The notes under the pieces are model-generated. The model worked only from the letters and a program-made list of their open reading frames with translations, ran no database searches and was not told the DNA's origin. From IMG/VR virus record IMGVR_UViG_3300033273_000833, positions 64,001-128,000 of that record: a stretch of DNA of 64,000 bases, one strand, 5' to 3'. This stretch comes from a virus (taxonomy: Duplodnaviria > Caudoviricetes). Below, in pieces: positions 1 through 9,142 of this stretch. Positions within the stretch are counted from its first letter, which is position 1. Every line of letters starts with the position of its first letter. A program made the translations under genes and the position numbers.

Positions 1-690
1 AGAGATTTTGTTCTAAAAAATTATTCTATAGAAGTTATAGGTAGTCAAGTCGAAGAATTTATTGATTCTTGTGAGGTTGTAAATTATGATTTTGATATCA
101 AGCCTCACTCAAAAAGGAGGAACAATACTTATCCTTTTCAAAATATTGAAGATGGCCTAGAGTGGGTTAAAGATTTATATAAAAATGTTCTTATTAGAGA
201 TGTAGAGGATAACGATGAAGGCGTTAAGCATTGGATGCAAAAATTAAAAGAAGGGGCTACCAGAGAAGGTATTTATAATTATTTTATTTCGGTTGCCAAC
301 AAAGAAAACCAAGAGATTGTAGACTCTCTAGACACTATCTTAAGTGAAGATAAAGAAAAGAAAATAGCTATTGTAATTAATGAAAATGCCACTGAAACAT
401 TCCTATGTACATCTTTATTGCCGTCAATCAAAAGATTATATCCTGAGCATAATATTTATTTCTTCGCACCAAAACATAATCTAGATATTTTAAAAGGGAA
501 TGAGTATATATATAAATCACTCCCTGTTTCAGAAGATATTTTTGACTGCATATCTATGGAAAAAGAAAAAGGGGACAATAAATTTTTTGACATCATCTAC
601 TACCCTTCTGACGCCTCTTCTGGAGCCTTTAGATACTGCCACCAAGGTAGAGACAAAATAGAATACGAAACAAAATATGCACATACTTGA
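1..690 (+). CDS. 5'-truncated protein; C-terminal part resembles the N-terminal Rossmann half of GT9 (heptosyltransferase-like) glycosyltransferases
   Basis: Frame is open from base 1 (RDFVLKNYSIEV...) through the track ORF 235..690; KIAIVI..TETFLCTSLLPSIKRLYPEHNIYFF..LDILKGNEYI matches the GT9 N-terminal pattern but lacks the GxGD motif. Confidence 0.5.
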   Translation, partial: RDFVLKNYSIEVIGSQVEEFIDSCEVVNYDFDIKPHSKRRNNTYPFQNIEDGLEWVKDLYKNVLIRDVEDNDEGVKHWMQKLKEGATREGIYNYFISVANKENQEIVDSLDTILSEDKEKKIAIVINENATETFLCTSLLPSIKRLYPEHNIYFFAPKHNLDILKGNEYIYKSLPVSEDIFDCISMEKEKGDNKFFDIIYYPSDASSGAFRYCHQGRDKIEYETKYAHT

Positions 691-1840
691 ACATTTTTCT
701 TTAAATTGCGGAATTAAATCATCAAAAGCCTTCATTCAAGAAGACTATATCCCCGTTCCTTTTGATCAATTTATATGCATCAATAATGACTCATCCATAG
801 ATTCGTTTACATACTCATATTGGTCAGATGTTTTTGACATAATCAAACCTTATCTAGAAAAGTCAAATATTAAAATCTTACAGATTGGTGGACCGAAAGA
901 TCAACTTCTGCCAAGCTGCGAAGATTACAGGCATATCCAAACTCGACACCAAGGAGCCTACATAATCAATAAAGCACAACTCTTTATTGGTTCAGATATT
1001 TTTTACTCAAACATCGCCTCCCATTTTGGAACCCCAGGCGTTCTCCTATACGGGCCGATACCACCATCTTGCACCAAACCATATTGGAATGAAGATAATT
1101 TTGAAATTTTATGCGAAAACGATAAGTTCTCCTACTCATCTAAAGAACTTCATAAGACAATTGATAAAATAAAACCTGAATCAATAGCAAATGCTATTCT
1201 TAAAAAATTAAAAATACCTTTTGAAAGCGATCAAAAGACAGAGTTTATAGGTCAGCTTTATGACAATAAAATATTCGAAGTCATTCCTAATTTTTCTCCC
1301 AATCCAGATTTCTTAAAAGGCTCATTTGTGACAATGAGAGCTGACTATCAAGAATCTGATGAATTCATAGGTGAGTGGTCGATTGGTCGAAAAATAAATC
1401 TCATAACTAATCGAAAAATTAATCTTGGATTAATACAAGCTATAAAAAACTCTCTACAAGTTATACATTTTGAAGTTTCTAATGACTGCAGTGAAGATGT
1501 TGTAAAAGAAAATATACAGTACTTTAAAGCAATTAAAAAACTTGGTTTAAATATCAGTCTTTTTAGAAAAGATGAAGACAATATTGCTGATCTTCGCTTA
1601 ACTTATTTTGATTGGAATGTAGAAGTTTTATCCCAGAATAAGCCTTCAGAAAATATAACTAAAAATAAAGATTTGTATTTTTATTCTGGCAAGCTGGTCT
1701 TTTCTGATGGCAAAAAATATCCCTCAATAGAGCATGCTATAAACGATCTTGACAGCGACACAGGAATAAATCGGATTGTAGATACAGATTTATTTTGGTT
1801 AGAATCAGATCATTATAGAATAATATCAAAAAAGAGTTGA
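677..1840 (+). CDS. GT9-like glycosyltransferase (C-terminal half-like domain plus unknown C-terminal extension)
   Basis: IKILQIGG...AYIINKAQLFIGSDIFYSNIASHFGTPGVLLYGP resembles the GT9 LFIGxDSGxxHxAxAxGxPxVxLFGP motif. Confidence 0.6.
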   Translation: MHILEHFSLNCGIKSSKAFIQEDYIPVPFDQFICINNDSSIDSFTYSYWSDVFDIIKPYLEKSNIKILQIGGPKDQLLPSCEDYRHIQTRHQGAYIINKAQLFIGSDIFYSNIASHFGTPGVLLYGPIPPSCTKPYWNEDNFEILCENDKFSYSSKELHKTIDKIKPESIANAILKKLKIPFESDQKTEFIGQLYDNKIFEVIPNFSPNPDFLKGSFVTMRADYQESDEFIGEWSIGRKINLITNRKINLGLIQAIKNSLQVIHFEVSNDCSEDVVKENIQYFKAIKKLGLNISLFRKDEDNIADLRLTYFDWNVEVLSQNKPSENITKNKDLYFYSGKLVFSDGKKYPSIEHAINDLDSDTGINRIVDTDLFWLESDHYRIISKKS

Positions 1841-1865
1841 CTTAGGTTGTTTTATATGCTATCAT
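1837..1865 (+). promoter_or_regulatory. sigma70-like promoter (near-leaderless)
   Basis: TTGACT-17-TATCAT; ATG at 1874. Confidence 0.7.
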
Positions 1866-1873
1866 TATAAACA

Positions 1874-2662
1874 ATGAAAAAATCAACTAAGCAAACAAAA
1901 ATAGACAACAGCCCTGGACCAAACCTTTATAGTAGAGACGAAAACGGACTACTAAAAAACCATCAGTATGAGTTCAATGAAGATGGATCAATTAACTGGA
2001 GGGCAATGATTAAAGATGAGCACCTATTCCCAAATCGATCTTGGTTTCAAACAAGAGGCAAAGATTACCCCAAGACCATCGAAGGCTTGGCGGACCATCA
2101 GTTATTAATTAAATTAAGCGGAATTAAAGAGCTGGCTAAACTACGAGGATTTTCTTCGGTTCATTATAAGACAGTCAAATGCGAAGAAAACCATGTGGCT
2201 GTTTCTTGTTCTATTACCTTTTTAGCTAACTACGAAACAAATAACGAACCCATCGTTTTTGAAGATATGGCCAATGCCACACTTAATAACACAAGCAGTT
2301 TTGCCACAAAGTTTCTTGAAACGATTGCATGCAACAGAGCCTTCGTCAGATGCGTTAGAAATTTTCTAAATGTTCATATTGTTGGAGATGACGAAATTGA
2401 TAAGTCCAATAACACCCAACAAAGTTTAACGCAAAGAGAATCAGAAGTTCAATCTAATTCTGACATCTCTCCCTCAGGAATATTAGCGAGCTTAGCTAAA
2501 GATAAATTCGGCATTAATAGCTACTCAGAATTTAAAAATAAACTGAGAGAGTTGTGGCAGAATGATTTATACAAGAACCCTGATACTAAAAATTGGTCAG
2601 ACTTCGCAGATATACCCCCGAAAGAAGCCAGAGCTTTACTTAAAGCACTTCATTCTTCTTAA
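1874..2662 (+). CDS. Rad52/Sak-like single-strand annealing protein (putative)
   Basis: IKLSGIKELA..GFSS...VAVSCSITF...FEDMANAT...LETIACNRAFVRCVRNFLNV..VGDDEI resembles the Rad52/ERF-type core ending AETRAxxRALR. Confidence 0.5.
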   Translation: MKKSTKQTKIDNSPGPNLYSRDENGLLKNHQYEFNEDGSINWRAMIKDEHLFPNRSWFQTRGKDYPKTIEGLADHQLLIKLSGIKELAKLRGFSSVHYKTVKCEENHVAVSCSITFLANYETNNEPIVFEDMANATLNNTSSFATKFLETIACNRAFVRCVRNFLNVHIVGDDEIDKSNNTQQSLTQRESEVQSNSDISPSGILASLAKDKFGINSYSEFKNKLRELWQNDLYKNPDTKNWSDFADIPPKEARALLKALHSS

Positions 2663-2698
2663 TTAAGTGTAATTTATAGAGTTCTTTGATAAATTTAT

Positions 2699-3062
2699 GG
2701 GCGTGTACTGGATTCGATTTAAATTGGATTAGTATACTGCAAGTAGGAGTTGCATCTGGCTCCTCAAAAAGGTGCAAACAATTACATGGCAACAAAAACC
2801 GTGTTAAAGCTTTCGGCCTTAAAGCTAAAAAGCTTGCCCTAGCAGCTTAGTTCTGCTACCTCGTAACCTTTGACGCAGATAAAAGGATTACGGGGCCATT
2901 AATCTGCAAAACAGAAAAAGTTTTCTTGCTTCACAAACTGCAAATAATTGAAACAAGAAGTTGGATGTTAATATCATAACTGTAAAAAAAATTAACTAAA
3001 CTTGTAGGCGTATATCTACAGAAAATTTAAAGACGCGGGTTCGACTCCCGCCACGTCCACCA
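2699..3062 (+). ncRNA. ssrA: tmRNA (364 nt); tag (A)GNKNRVKAFGLKAKKLALAA* at 2788..2850
   Basis: 5' GGGCGTG pairs with 3' CACGTCC-A-CCA including a G3.U wobble (Ala identity); GGATTCGA D-loop; GCGGGTTCGACTCCCGC T-arm; internal ORF ending LALAA-TAG. Confidence 0.95.
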
Positions 3063-3099
3063 AATTTATTCGCCAATCCACACTTAAACCAATTTATAT

Positions 3100-3687
3100 A
3101 TGCTTGTCAAAAAAATATTCTTAATCACCTTTCCAAATTCGTCTCGATCAAAATATTATACAGAATCAAATTCTCATTCCAAAAAGCATTTGACTTTTTT
3201 TAATGCCATTGATACCAGAGAAGACCCTCTAGGCTTTTGCTCAAAATATGGCATCAAGATCAACATAATGGAAAAATGGAAAAAATATTTTTTGTCAAAT
3301 AGTGGTTCATTTGGCTGCACAATTTCGCATGTAGAGCTTTGGAAAAAAATATCATCAATGAAAAAAGGAGATTTTGTCTGCGTTTGTGAAGACGACATAT
3401 CAGTAGATTCTCTAGAAAAATTAATTAACACAGACCTCAGGAGTATAGACTCAGATATAACTTCGGGTAAAATAATCAACATAGCAGGGTGGGCATTTGA
3501 TCTTTGTTCTGCGGGTTATTTGATTGATTCTGCTGGGGCTAAATATTTATTAAAAGAATTTAACCAAACCATTATAGCCCCTCAGGACAAATTTATGTTT
3601 CAAGTTTGCTTCAAAAAAAATCCAGAACTATTTAAATGGAATCCTGTTTTAAAATTTGCAGAACATTTTAAGAATACAACCTTGTAA
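3100..3687 (+). CDS. GT25 family glycosyltransferase
   Basis: FFNAID...GSFGCTISHVELWKKI...VCVCEDD...SAGYLI..AGAKYLL...APQD. Confidence 0.85.
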   Translation: MLVKKIFLITFPNSSRSKYYTESNSHSKKHLTFFNAIDTREDPLGFCSKYGIKINIMEKWKKYFLSNSGSFGCTISHVELWKKISSMKKGDFVCVCEDDISVDSLEKLINTDLRSIDSDITSGKIINIAGWAFDLCSAGYLIDSAGAKYLLKEFNQTIIAPQDKFMFQVCFKKNPELFKWNPVLKFAEHFKNTTL

Positions 3688-3699
3688 ATATTTTTATTT

Positions 3700-4137
3700 A
3701 TGACTGATATTAACCCATATTACATTGCTTACATGCAAGGTGGTGATTACATTATAAATGCAAAAATAGATGATCTTCCTGTACATGTAGAAAATAATAT
3801 ACAACAACCAGGCCAATATTTTATTAAAATTTGGATACAATATAAAAGTACAGAATGGGAAGTAGACTATAATAAGGGATGGGTAGGATGCTTAAACAGC
3901 GACGAATCACACCTAATCAATAAAACTTTTAAAAACGGCGACAACGGCCCAATTAAAATTGCAAAAATTGAACTTGATGATGTTATATTCATAGTTGATT
4001 TTCCTGACCGAGGTTTCAACTTAAAATTTAAAGAAAACTTTTTTAAAAATAATCCAAATATCAGTAAATATTTAGGCGGAATTATATCTAAAGATCAGTT
4101 ACGATATTTAGATGATTATAAACAAATTTTAATTTAA
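3700..4137 (+). CDS. hypothetical protein
   Basis: 145-aa ORF in tandem after GT25; no motif recognised. Confidence 0.6.
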   Translation: MTDINPYYIAYMQGGDYIINAKIDDLPVHVENNIQQPGQYFIKIWIQYKSTEWEVDYNKGWVGCLNSDESHLINKTFKNGDNGPIKIAKIELDDVIFIVDFPDRGFNLKFKENFFKNNPNISKYLGGIISKDQLRYLDDYKQILI

Positions 4138-4269
4138 TTATTTATAAAAATATACTTAGTGCTCCAGCTAATAAAATTAAAAATATTATTTGACTAATTT
4201 CAACGTTGTGTATCATGCTTGTTTTGTTTGTGCGTGGAAGTTGTTTTTGAAGAATTCCATAATGACTTA

Positions 4270-6075
4270 TTAGAAATACTTTAACCATGTTTCACAAATT
4301 TTTAAATCTAGCTCTGTGATGATTTGTTTGTTAAATAGTTTTTGGTAAATGTTTCGCATTAGTTCTTTGTTGAAGTTTTTATCTATTGACTTTTGTCGAG
4401 GTAAAACATCTTCGCCCAACACATCTACAATAGTTTCGTTAGCCAAATACATGGGAACTTCCGACTCGAAGTCTTGCATCAAATCGTGTTCATTCCTTAG
4501 CTGTGTTACATTAGGTGAGGTGTAAGCCATGTTTTTATTGTTGTACTTCAAGAGGGTATTTGCTACGATTCCTTTTAATATATCACAATAACGAAAAGTT
4601 ACAGAACAAGGTATAAGTAAACCTAGAAAGAGGTTTGGATCTAACCAAAAAGTATTTTGAGTATTAAACGGACAGGTATTCTCATTGGATATAATTATTT
4701 TTTTGCCTTTTTCCCATACAACTGCATGATTGCAAACTAAACGAAAAATAGCATCAACATCTGGATCGTTTTCAACGAGACCATTAATTATGGCAACATC
4801 TTCTTTGTTTTTTGAATTGTCAAATTTAAAGTCTGGATGCGGGTTTTGTTTTATATTGGATAACGGGTAACCTCTTGGCCAAATCCAACTGTTATTGGTG
4901 AAGTATTTAAAAATATTGATCCACGAACTATTATTTTCTTTGATAGTTTGTACATTTTTATCGAGTTCAAGAACTGAGTCAAAGTTGTCGTGCGGTATGT
5001 TGTCATCATCAGTCTCGTATATAACCTCGTAACCTTTTTTAATAGCGTAAAGATAACCTAAGTTTTTACGACCATAATGGTTGTAGGGTATCAAATCACA
5101 CAATTCAGGAAACAATTTTTTTTGATTTTCAACATCCAAAAATATACAATCTTCATTTTTATATGTGCCTGGAGTTTTTAGATCACCCACGATGATTACA
5201 TCATATTCTGAATTGCTTATGTGTTTACGAATAGTTTCCGTAGGTTCATTAATGGTGGTTATTATGACGCATTTTTTCTTTTGAAAAATATCATTTAGTA
5301 AATCGAGTAGTTTTGGGTTTTCACCAAATTTAATTGGATGTAAAAATAAATCAAATTTTTTATTAAATCTGTTCTTTATATACGGTGGTTTAGAGGTGAG
5401 ATTTCTGGAACTCCACAGGACAGTTCCACTTATGTTATTATAGTTCTGTCGTTCAGGTTCAATATTCCTAATAATTGTTGGTATTGCTATTTCTAAAAAA
5501 ACACCATAATTTGCGAATAGTTGAAATAAATCAAAAATTTTGCTCGAAAGATATTTTTTTGGTAAATAAAAATAATCAGCAAATTCTTTACAATATTTAT
5601 TAATACCAAAGTCATGATATTCCGCATTTTTTTCTAGTTTAGATATTGCTTTTATGCCGTAAGGGCCGTGCCACCAGCCCCCTTTAAGTGCATCTAGTGC
5701 ATCTAGTGGTTTTATATTAAAACCGTGACCTGTAGCAGAGCAGGCCTCTGTATTGTAAATAATTTTTCCTGTGTCATATAAATTCAATATATTTGTGTTG
5801 ATTATGTTATCATCCATTGTATAGAATAGACCATCGCATTCGTTTATATCGTTCTTGTAATTATCGTACAAATGCTTAAAAATTTTATGAGCAAGGTATC
5901 CACGCTCTATATCAATATAGTTAACATCGTTGTGCAATTTTTCATCGGTATCTTTGGGTGTATCAGAGTATACAATAATTTTTTTAAAATGGCTTTTATA
6001 CAAATCGCAAATTTTTTGCCTGCTGTCTAAGCATTTGCTATAGTTGAATACTAATAGTAATATTGAATTTGTCAT
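4270..6075 (-). CDS. STELLO/DUF288-like glycosyltransferase with swapped domain order
   Basis: CVIITTINEPT..VIIVGDLKTP..GRKNLGYLYAI..IYETDDDN..WPRGYPL (GT75-like STELLO domain) lies C-terminal; ILLLVFNY..LYKSHF..GY..DGLFYTMDD..WW..ADYFYLP..VFLEIAIPT lies N-terminal. Confidence 0.8.
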   Translation of the reverse strand: MTNSILLLVFNYSKCLDSRQKICDLYKSHFKKIIVYSDTPKDTDEKLHNDVNYIDIERGYLAHKIFKHLYDNYKNDINECDGLFYTMDDNIINTNILNLYDTGKIIYNTEACSATGHGFNIKPLDALDALKGGWWHGPYGIKAISKLEKNAEYHDFGINKYCKEFADYFYLPKKYLSSKIFDLFQLFANYGVFLEIAIPTIIRNIEPERQNYNNISGTVLWSSRNLTSKPPYIKNRFNKKFDLFLHPIKFGENPKLLDLLNDIFQKKKCVIITTINEPTETIRKHISNSEYDVIIVGDLKTPGTYKNEDCIFLDVENQKKLFPELCDLIPYNHYGRKNLGYLYAIKKGYEVIYETDDDNIPHDNFDSVLELDKNVQTIKENNSSWINIFKYFTNNSWIWPRGYPLSNIKQNPHPDFKFDNSKNKEDVAIINGLVENDPDVDAIFRLVCNHAVVWEKGKKIIISNENTCPFNTQNTFWLDPNLFLGLLIPCSVTFRYCDILKGIVANTLLKYNNKNMAYTSPNVTQLRNEHDLMQDFESEVPMYLANETIVDVLGEDVLPRQKSIDKNFNKELMRNIYQKLFNKQIITELDLKICETWLKYF

Positions 6076-6091
6076 TTTTTAAATTTCTTCT

Positions 6092-6847
6092 TCATTTAGG
6101 GGAATATTTACGTAAAAAAATGTATTCGGATGATTCTTTTGGTATGTTAGAGAATACTTGCGCCGCTGTCCTAGTTTGATCTATGTTACAATATATAAAT
6201 TGTTCATTGTCTATGTAATCAATACTATTGTATTTTAACGCATTTGCCCAATAATACTCGTCATGCAAAAAGTATTTAACACATTCATTTTTATCATGGG
6301 GAAGATACTTCTTGGCATAATCATCGTTAAAACCAACAAAAATATCGGATTTTAATATTTCAGGTGTTTTTAACTTATAAAAATCTTCTTTTGATATACA
6401 GAAAAACATATTTTGCTTGACCCATTCAACTTCACTAATTTTTGACTTAAATTTAGCAGTCGTTATACTATTGTATTTGCTTGAATTAAATTTAGCTTGT
6501 GATGTTGTTGGGTTTTTTTGTATTTTTATATTAGTATGTTTGTTATTATTTACAAACGATATAGATCGCCTTAGTGGTAGCATATCTCCCGACATTATGT
6601 ATACAACATCACACCCTTTATCAAATAAATCATGAAATAATAAGTTCGTCGCGACAACCAGGCTAGAATGCCCCCATTCGGTTGGTATAGTATTAATACA
6701 ATTTATTGGAAATGGTAATTTATTTTGCACCCTTCCTTTTGCATGCACAGATATTATCGTTTCATGTTTTATAGAATTAAAAAACGCATCAAGATGTGAT
6801 ACATTATGTATTTTATTATATACCATGAAGCCAAAACCAATTTTCAT
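6092..6847 (-). CDS. GT14/Core-2-I-branching (DUF266-type) glycosyltransferase-like
   Basis: KIGFGFMVY..ISVHAK..PTEWGHSSLVVAT..LF..YIMSGDMLPL..KQNMFF..HDEYYW. Confidence 0.65.
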   Translation of the reverse strand: MKIGFGFMVYNKIHNVSHLDAFFNSIKHETIISVHAKGRVQNKLPFPINCINTIPTEWGHSSLVVATNLLFHDLFDKGCDVVYIMSGDMLPLRRSISFVNNNKHTNIKIQKNPTTSQAKFNSSKYNSITTAKFKSKISEVEWVKQNMFFCISKEDFYKLKTPEILKSDIFVGFNDDYAKKYLPHDKNECVKYFLHDEYYWANALKYNSIDYIDNEQFIYCNIDQTRTAAQVFSNIPKESSEYIFLRKYSPK

Positions 6848-7521
6848 AACTTGTGGAGGTTAAAAAGTTGTGGATATTTTTCATGCATAATTGTTAAGAC
6901 CATTTCTTCATCATATATAATGAAATTATTATCAACAAATTGTAGGCATTCTATATATTTCTTTGTAAATTCAGGAATTATGTGTCTTGGGAGTTTTATA
7001 ACTTGAGCCAATATCTTTATGGGTGGTAATGTATTTTTTAGTAAACCTTTATATGGTTTATTTGGGAAGTTGTCTGATTTTGCATATTGATTGATGTAAC
7101 ACTTATTGCTATCACTGGAGGTTATTGACTGTAAATTTCTTGTCTTCACGCAATCAACCCACATTAAATAATCAGCATCTGTATAGTCTAAAATTTTTTC
7201 AAAAAGAAGAATTTTGCTTGTCCATATTGTAGCTAACTTTAAAAAAGCATTGGATTTAACGTGCCTCCCAAATTTGAAATAAACTGCATCTCGTGATTTG
7301 CAAAAATTAGTTAAGTTTTTAAGGTACGGCAAACTTGGAAGATTATTAAATTCCAAATCAATTTTATTGGAGAAGCCTACAACCTGATCTTGCGAACATA
7401 TAAAATAATCTAAATTTTTGTTTCGAGCATGTTTTATATGACCTTGTCTGTTTGAAAATTTTGGATTGTTTTCTACATGCCAGTAGGCGGAAAAGGTTGT
7501 TGTTTTTTTCATATTGATCAT
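6844..7521 (-). CDS. HtrL/WlaTC-like glycosyltransferase
   Basis: IWTSKILL...DADYLMWVD...DEEMVLTIMHEKYPQLF. Confidence 0.55.
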   Translation of the reverse strand: MINMKKTTTFSAYWHVENNPKFSNRQGHIKHARNKNLDYFICSQDQVVGFSNKIDLEFNNLPSLPYLKNLTNFCKSRDAVYFKFGRHVKSNAFLKLATIWTSKILLFEKILDYTDADYLMWVDCVKTRNLQSITSSDSNKCYINQYAKSDNFPNKPYKGLLKNTLPPIKILAQVIKLPRHIIPEFTKKYIECLQFVDNNFIIYDEEMVLTIMHEKYPQLFNLHKL

Positions 7522-7526
7522 AATTA

Positions 7527-7688
7527 CTATTCTCCAAATTTGTAACCGAAATACTCAATGTGCGTACTACCCCCATATGGGTCTCCGTTGTACCCCGTGT
7601 CCGATCTTCCGAAGACAGCCTCCTCGACTGATTCTCCGCCACATTTTGCAAAATGCACAAATATAATTTTTTGTTTATGACAAATCAC
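7527..7688 (-). pseudogene. internally deleted sulfotransferase (53 aa, GTG start), absent from the ORF track
   Basis: Translates MICHKQKIIFVHFAKCGGESVEEAVFGRSDTGYNGDPYGGSTHIEYFGYKFGE*: N- and C-termini of the neighbouring sulfotransferases fused in frame. Confidence 0.8.
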
Positions 7689-7690
7689 TA

Positions 7691-8452
7691 TTATCTATGT
7701 TTGCGGTTTCCTAAGCCTGTAATATATTTCCTGTTTTTCTGTATATACAGATTATCATATATCCCTTTGGATTTGGAGATAACAGTGTTTTTATTATAAA
7801 TCCCAGCAATTCCGCTAAACGAGGATATTCCAGAAGGAAATAATATGTCGCATAATATCATGTCATTGATTGCAGTTAGCTCTGGTGTATTGCGATCATA
7901 TACATTTACTCTCATTCCATGAGTGTTAAGCTCCCTTAAATTTATATTTCCGTCAGTATGTATATTTATTGATAAGGGGGGATTTATGTAGTAGTGGATA
8001 TAATCTAAAATATTTTTTAGGTCTTCAGTAGAGCAAGCTCTATATCTAACTGGTTTACAGCCTTTATATTCCTCATTAGCAGTATCTCCTCTTCGCACAT
8101 GTATACAGATATTGGTCTGATTAACTTGTTGAAGAGTGTTTTCTAGAGGGGTGTAGTTTTTAATGATTGATTGCATAAATTTGCTACTAAAATCAGCAAA
8201 TAAGCCACGTTTGATAATTGGAGTATAATTAGCTTCACCGCTAAAGATGGTGATCTTATTTAATTCTTTCTCACAAATGTTATGAAATTTAGAGCCTAGG
8301 TTAAAGACAGACTCGTATGGATCCTCGAGTGGTGTGTGTATATATTCGAAGCCTTCTTGTTTAGCAAAGTAAGCGGTCCATAGTCTGCTATAAATTTGCA
8401 TACCAATCCTATCTGTTTTTTGACAGGTGATATATTTTTTTGCTTTTCTCAT
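7691..8452 (-). CDS. GT11/NodZ-like fucosyltransferase-like protein
   Basis: DRIGMQI at the N-terminus; ICIHVRRGD; MILCDILF..SSFS. Confidence 0.6.
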   Translation of the reverse strand: MRKAKKYITCQKTDRIGMQIYSRLWTAYFAKQEGFEYIHTPLEDPYESVFNLGSKFHNICEKELNKITIFSGEANYTPIIKRGLFADFSSKFMQSIIKNYTPLENTLQQVNQTNICIHVRRGDTANEEYKGCKPVRYRACSTEDLKNILDYIHYYINPPLSINIHTDGNINLRELNTHGMRVNVYDRNTPELTAINDMILCDILFPSGISSFSGIAGIYNKNTVISKSKGIYDNLYIQKNRKYITGLGNRKHR

Positions 8453-8516
8453 TCAGTTAGTAATGTTTGCAAGTTATTTAAGCTGACGAATTCAATATTC
8501 TGGTTGTGGAATAAAT

Positions 8517-9122
8517 TTAATCTCCAAATTCATAATTAAAATACTCAATGTCTTTTGCATATTTTTCTGCAACTATTTGCTTCGTTTCTTCATCGTAATA
8601 TTCGGTGTAGTGTTTTTTGTTTCTCTTGTTCATATGTGGCAATTTCAATCCTTTCATATTCAAGTAATTACACACACACATAAAATTATTTTCAAAATTT
8701 TCAAATCTACCAACAAAATCAACAGCTATATTACCTTCATTATCTTTCAAGAAATCATATTGAGCAACAGAGTGAGATGGATCAAGGTGTATGGGCGATA
8801 GTAGAAACTTTTTTAAGCTTTGTTTTTTTGGTCCGCCGAAATAAAAATAATCTGATATGGCCCTGTCCCATGGGTTTCTAACAAAAGCAAAAGAAAAATA
8901 ATAATTCTTTAATTGTGGGTGAATTTTATAAACCTCACTGATTGTAAGGTGTTGAAGATATTTTCCTGTATACTCATCCCTGCCAAGCAATAATTGCTTG
9001 TCGCAAAAATTATTTGGGAATTTTTTTTTGTCCCATAAATTATAACCAAATGCAGTTTCAATACTAGAACCGCCGCACTTGGGTATATGAATGAAGATAA
9101 ATTTATGCTTATGGCTTATCAT
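8517..9122 (-). CDS. Sulfotransferase (Sulfotransfer_2 family)
   Basis: FIFIHIPKCGGSS (5'-PSB loop), FAFVRNPWDRAIS (3'-PB), DFVGRFENF, YAKDIEYFNY. Confidence 0.9.
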   Translation of the reverse strand: MISHKHKFIFIHIPKCGGSSIETAFGYNLWDKKKFPNNFCDKQLLLGRDEYTGKYLQHLTISEVYKIHPQLKNYYFSFAFVRNPWDRAISDYFYFGGPKKQSLKKFLLSPIHLDPSHSVAQYDFLKDNEGNIAVDFVGRFENFENNFMCVCNYLNMKGLKLPHMNKRNKKHYTEYYDEETKQIVAEKYAKDIEYFNYEFGD

Positions 9123-9142
9123 TGTACTGAATAATATACACC

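Noticed and set aside
2786-2842. Alternative tmRNA-internal ORF ATG-GCA-ACA... (MATKTVLKLSALKLKSLP*)
   Set aside because: The frame starting at 2788 ends in the canonical LALAA-stop degron; this frame has no degron-like end
3030-3062. Possible separate tRNA gene (GGTTCGACTCC...CCA)
   Set aside because: It is the 3' tRNA-like half of the tmRNA; no anticodon arm
4142-4260. Possible TGA-readthrough/recoded ORF on the minus strand
   Set aside because: The segments are not in one frame on rechecking; at most a 24-aa hydrophobic ORF (4142..4216). Known genes elsewhere read in the standard code and end at TGA/TAG, so no stop-codon reassignment
7364-7660. Track ORF MCILQNVAENQ... (98 aa)
   Set aside because: Alternative frame overlapping the HtrL-like gene and the deleted sulfotransferase, which explains the region better
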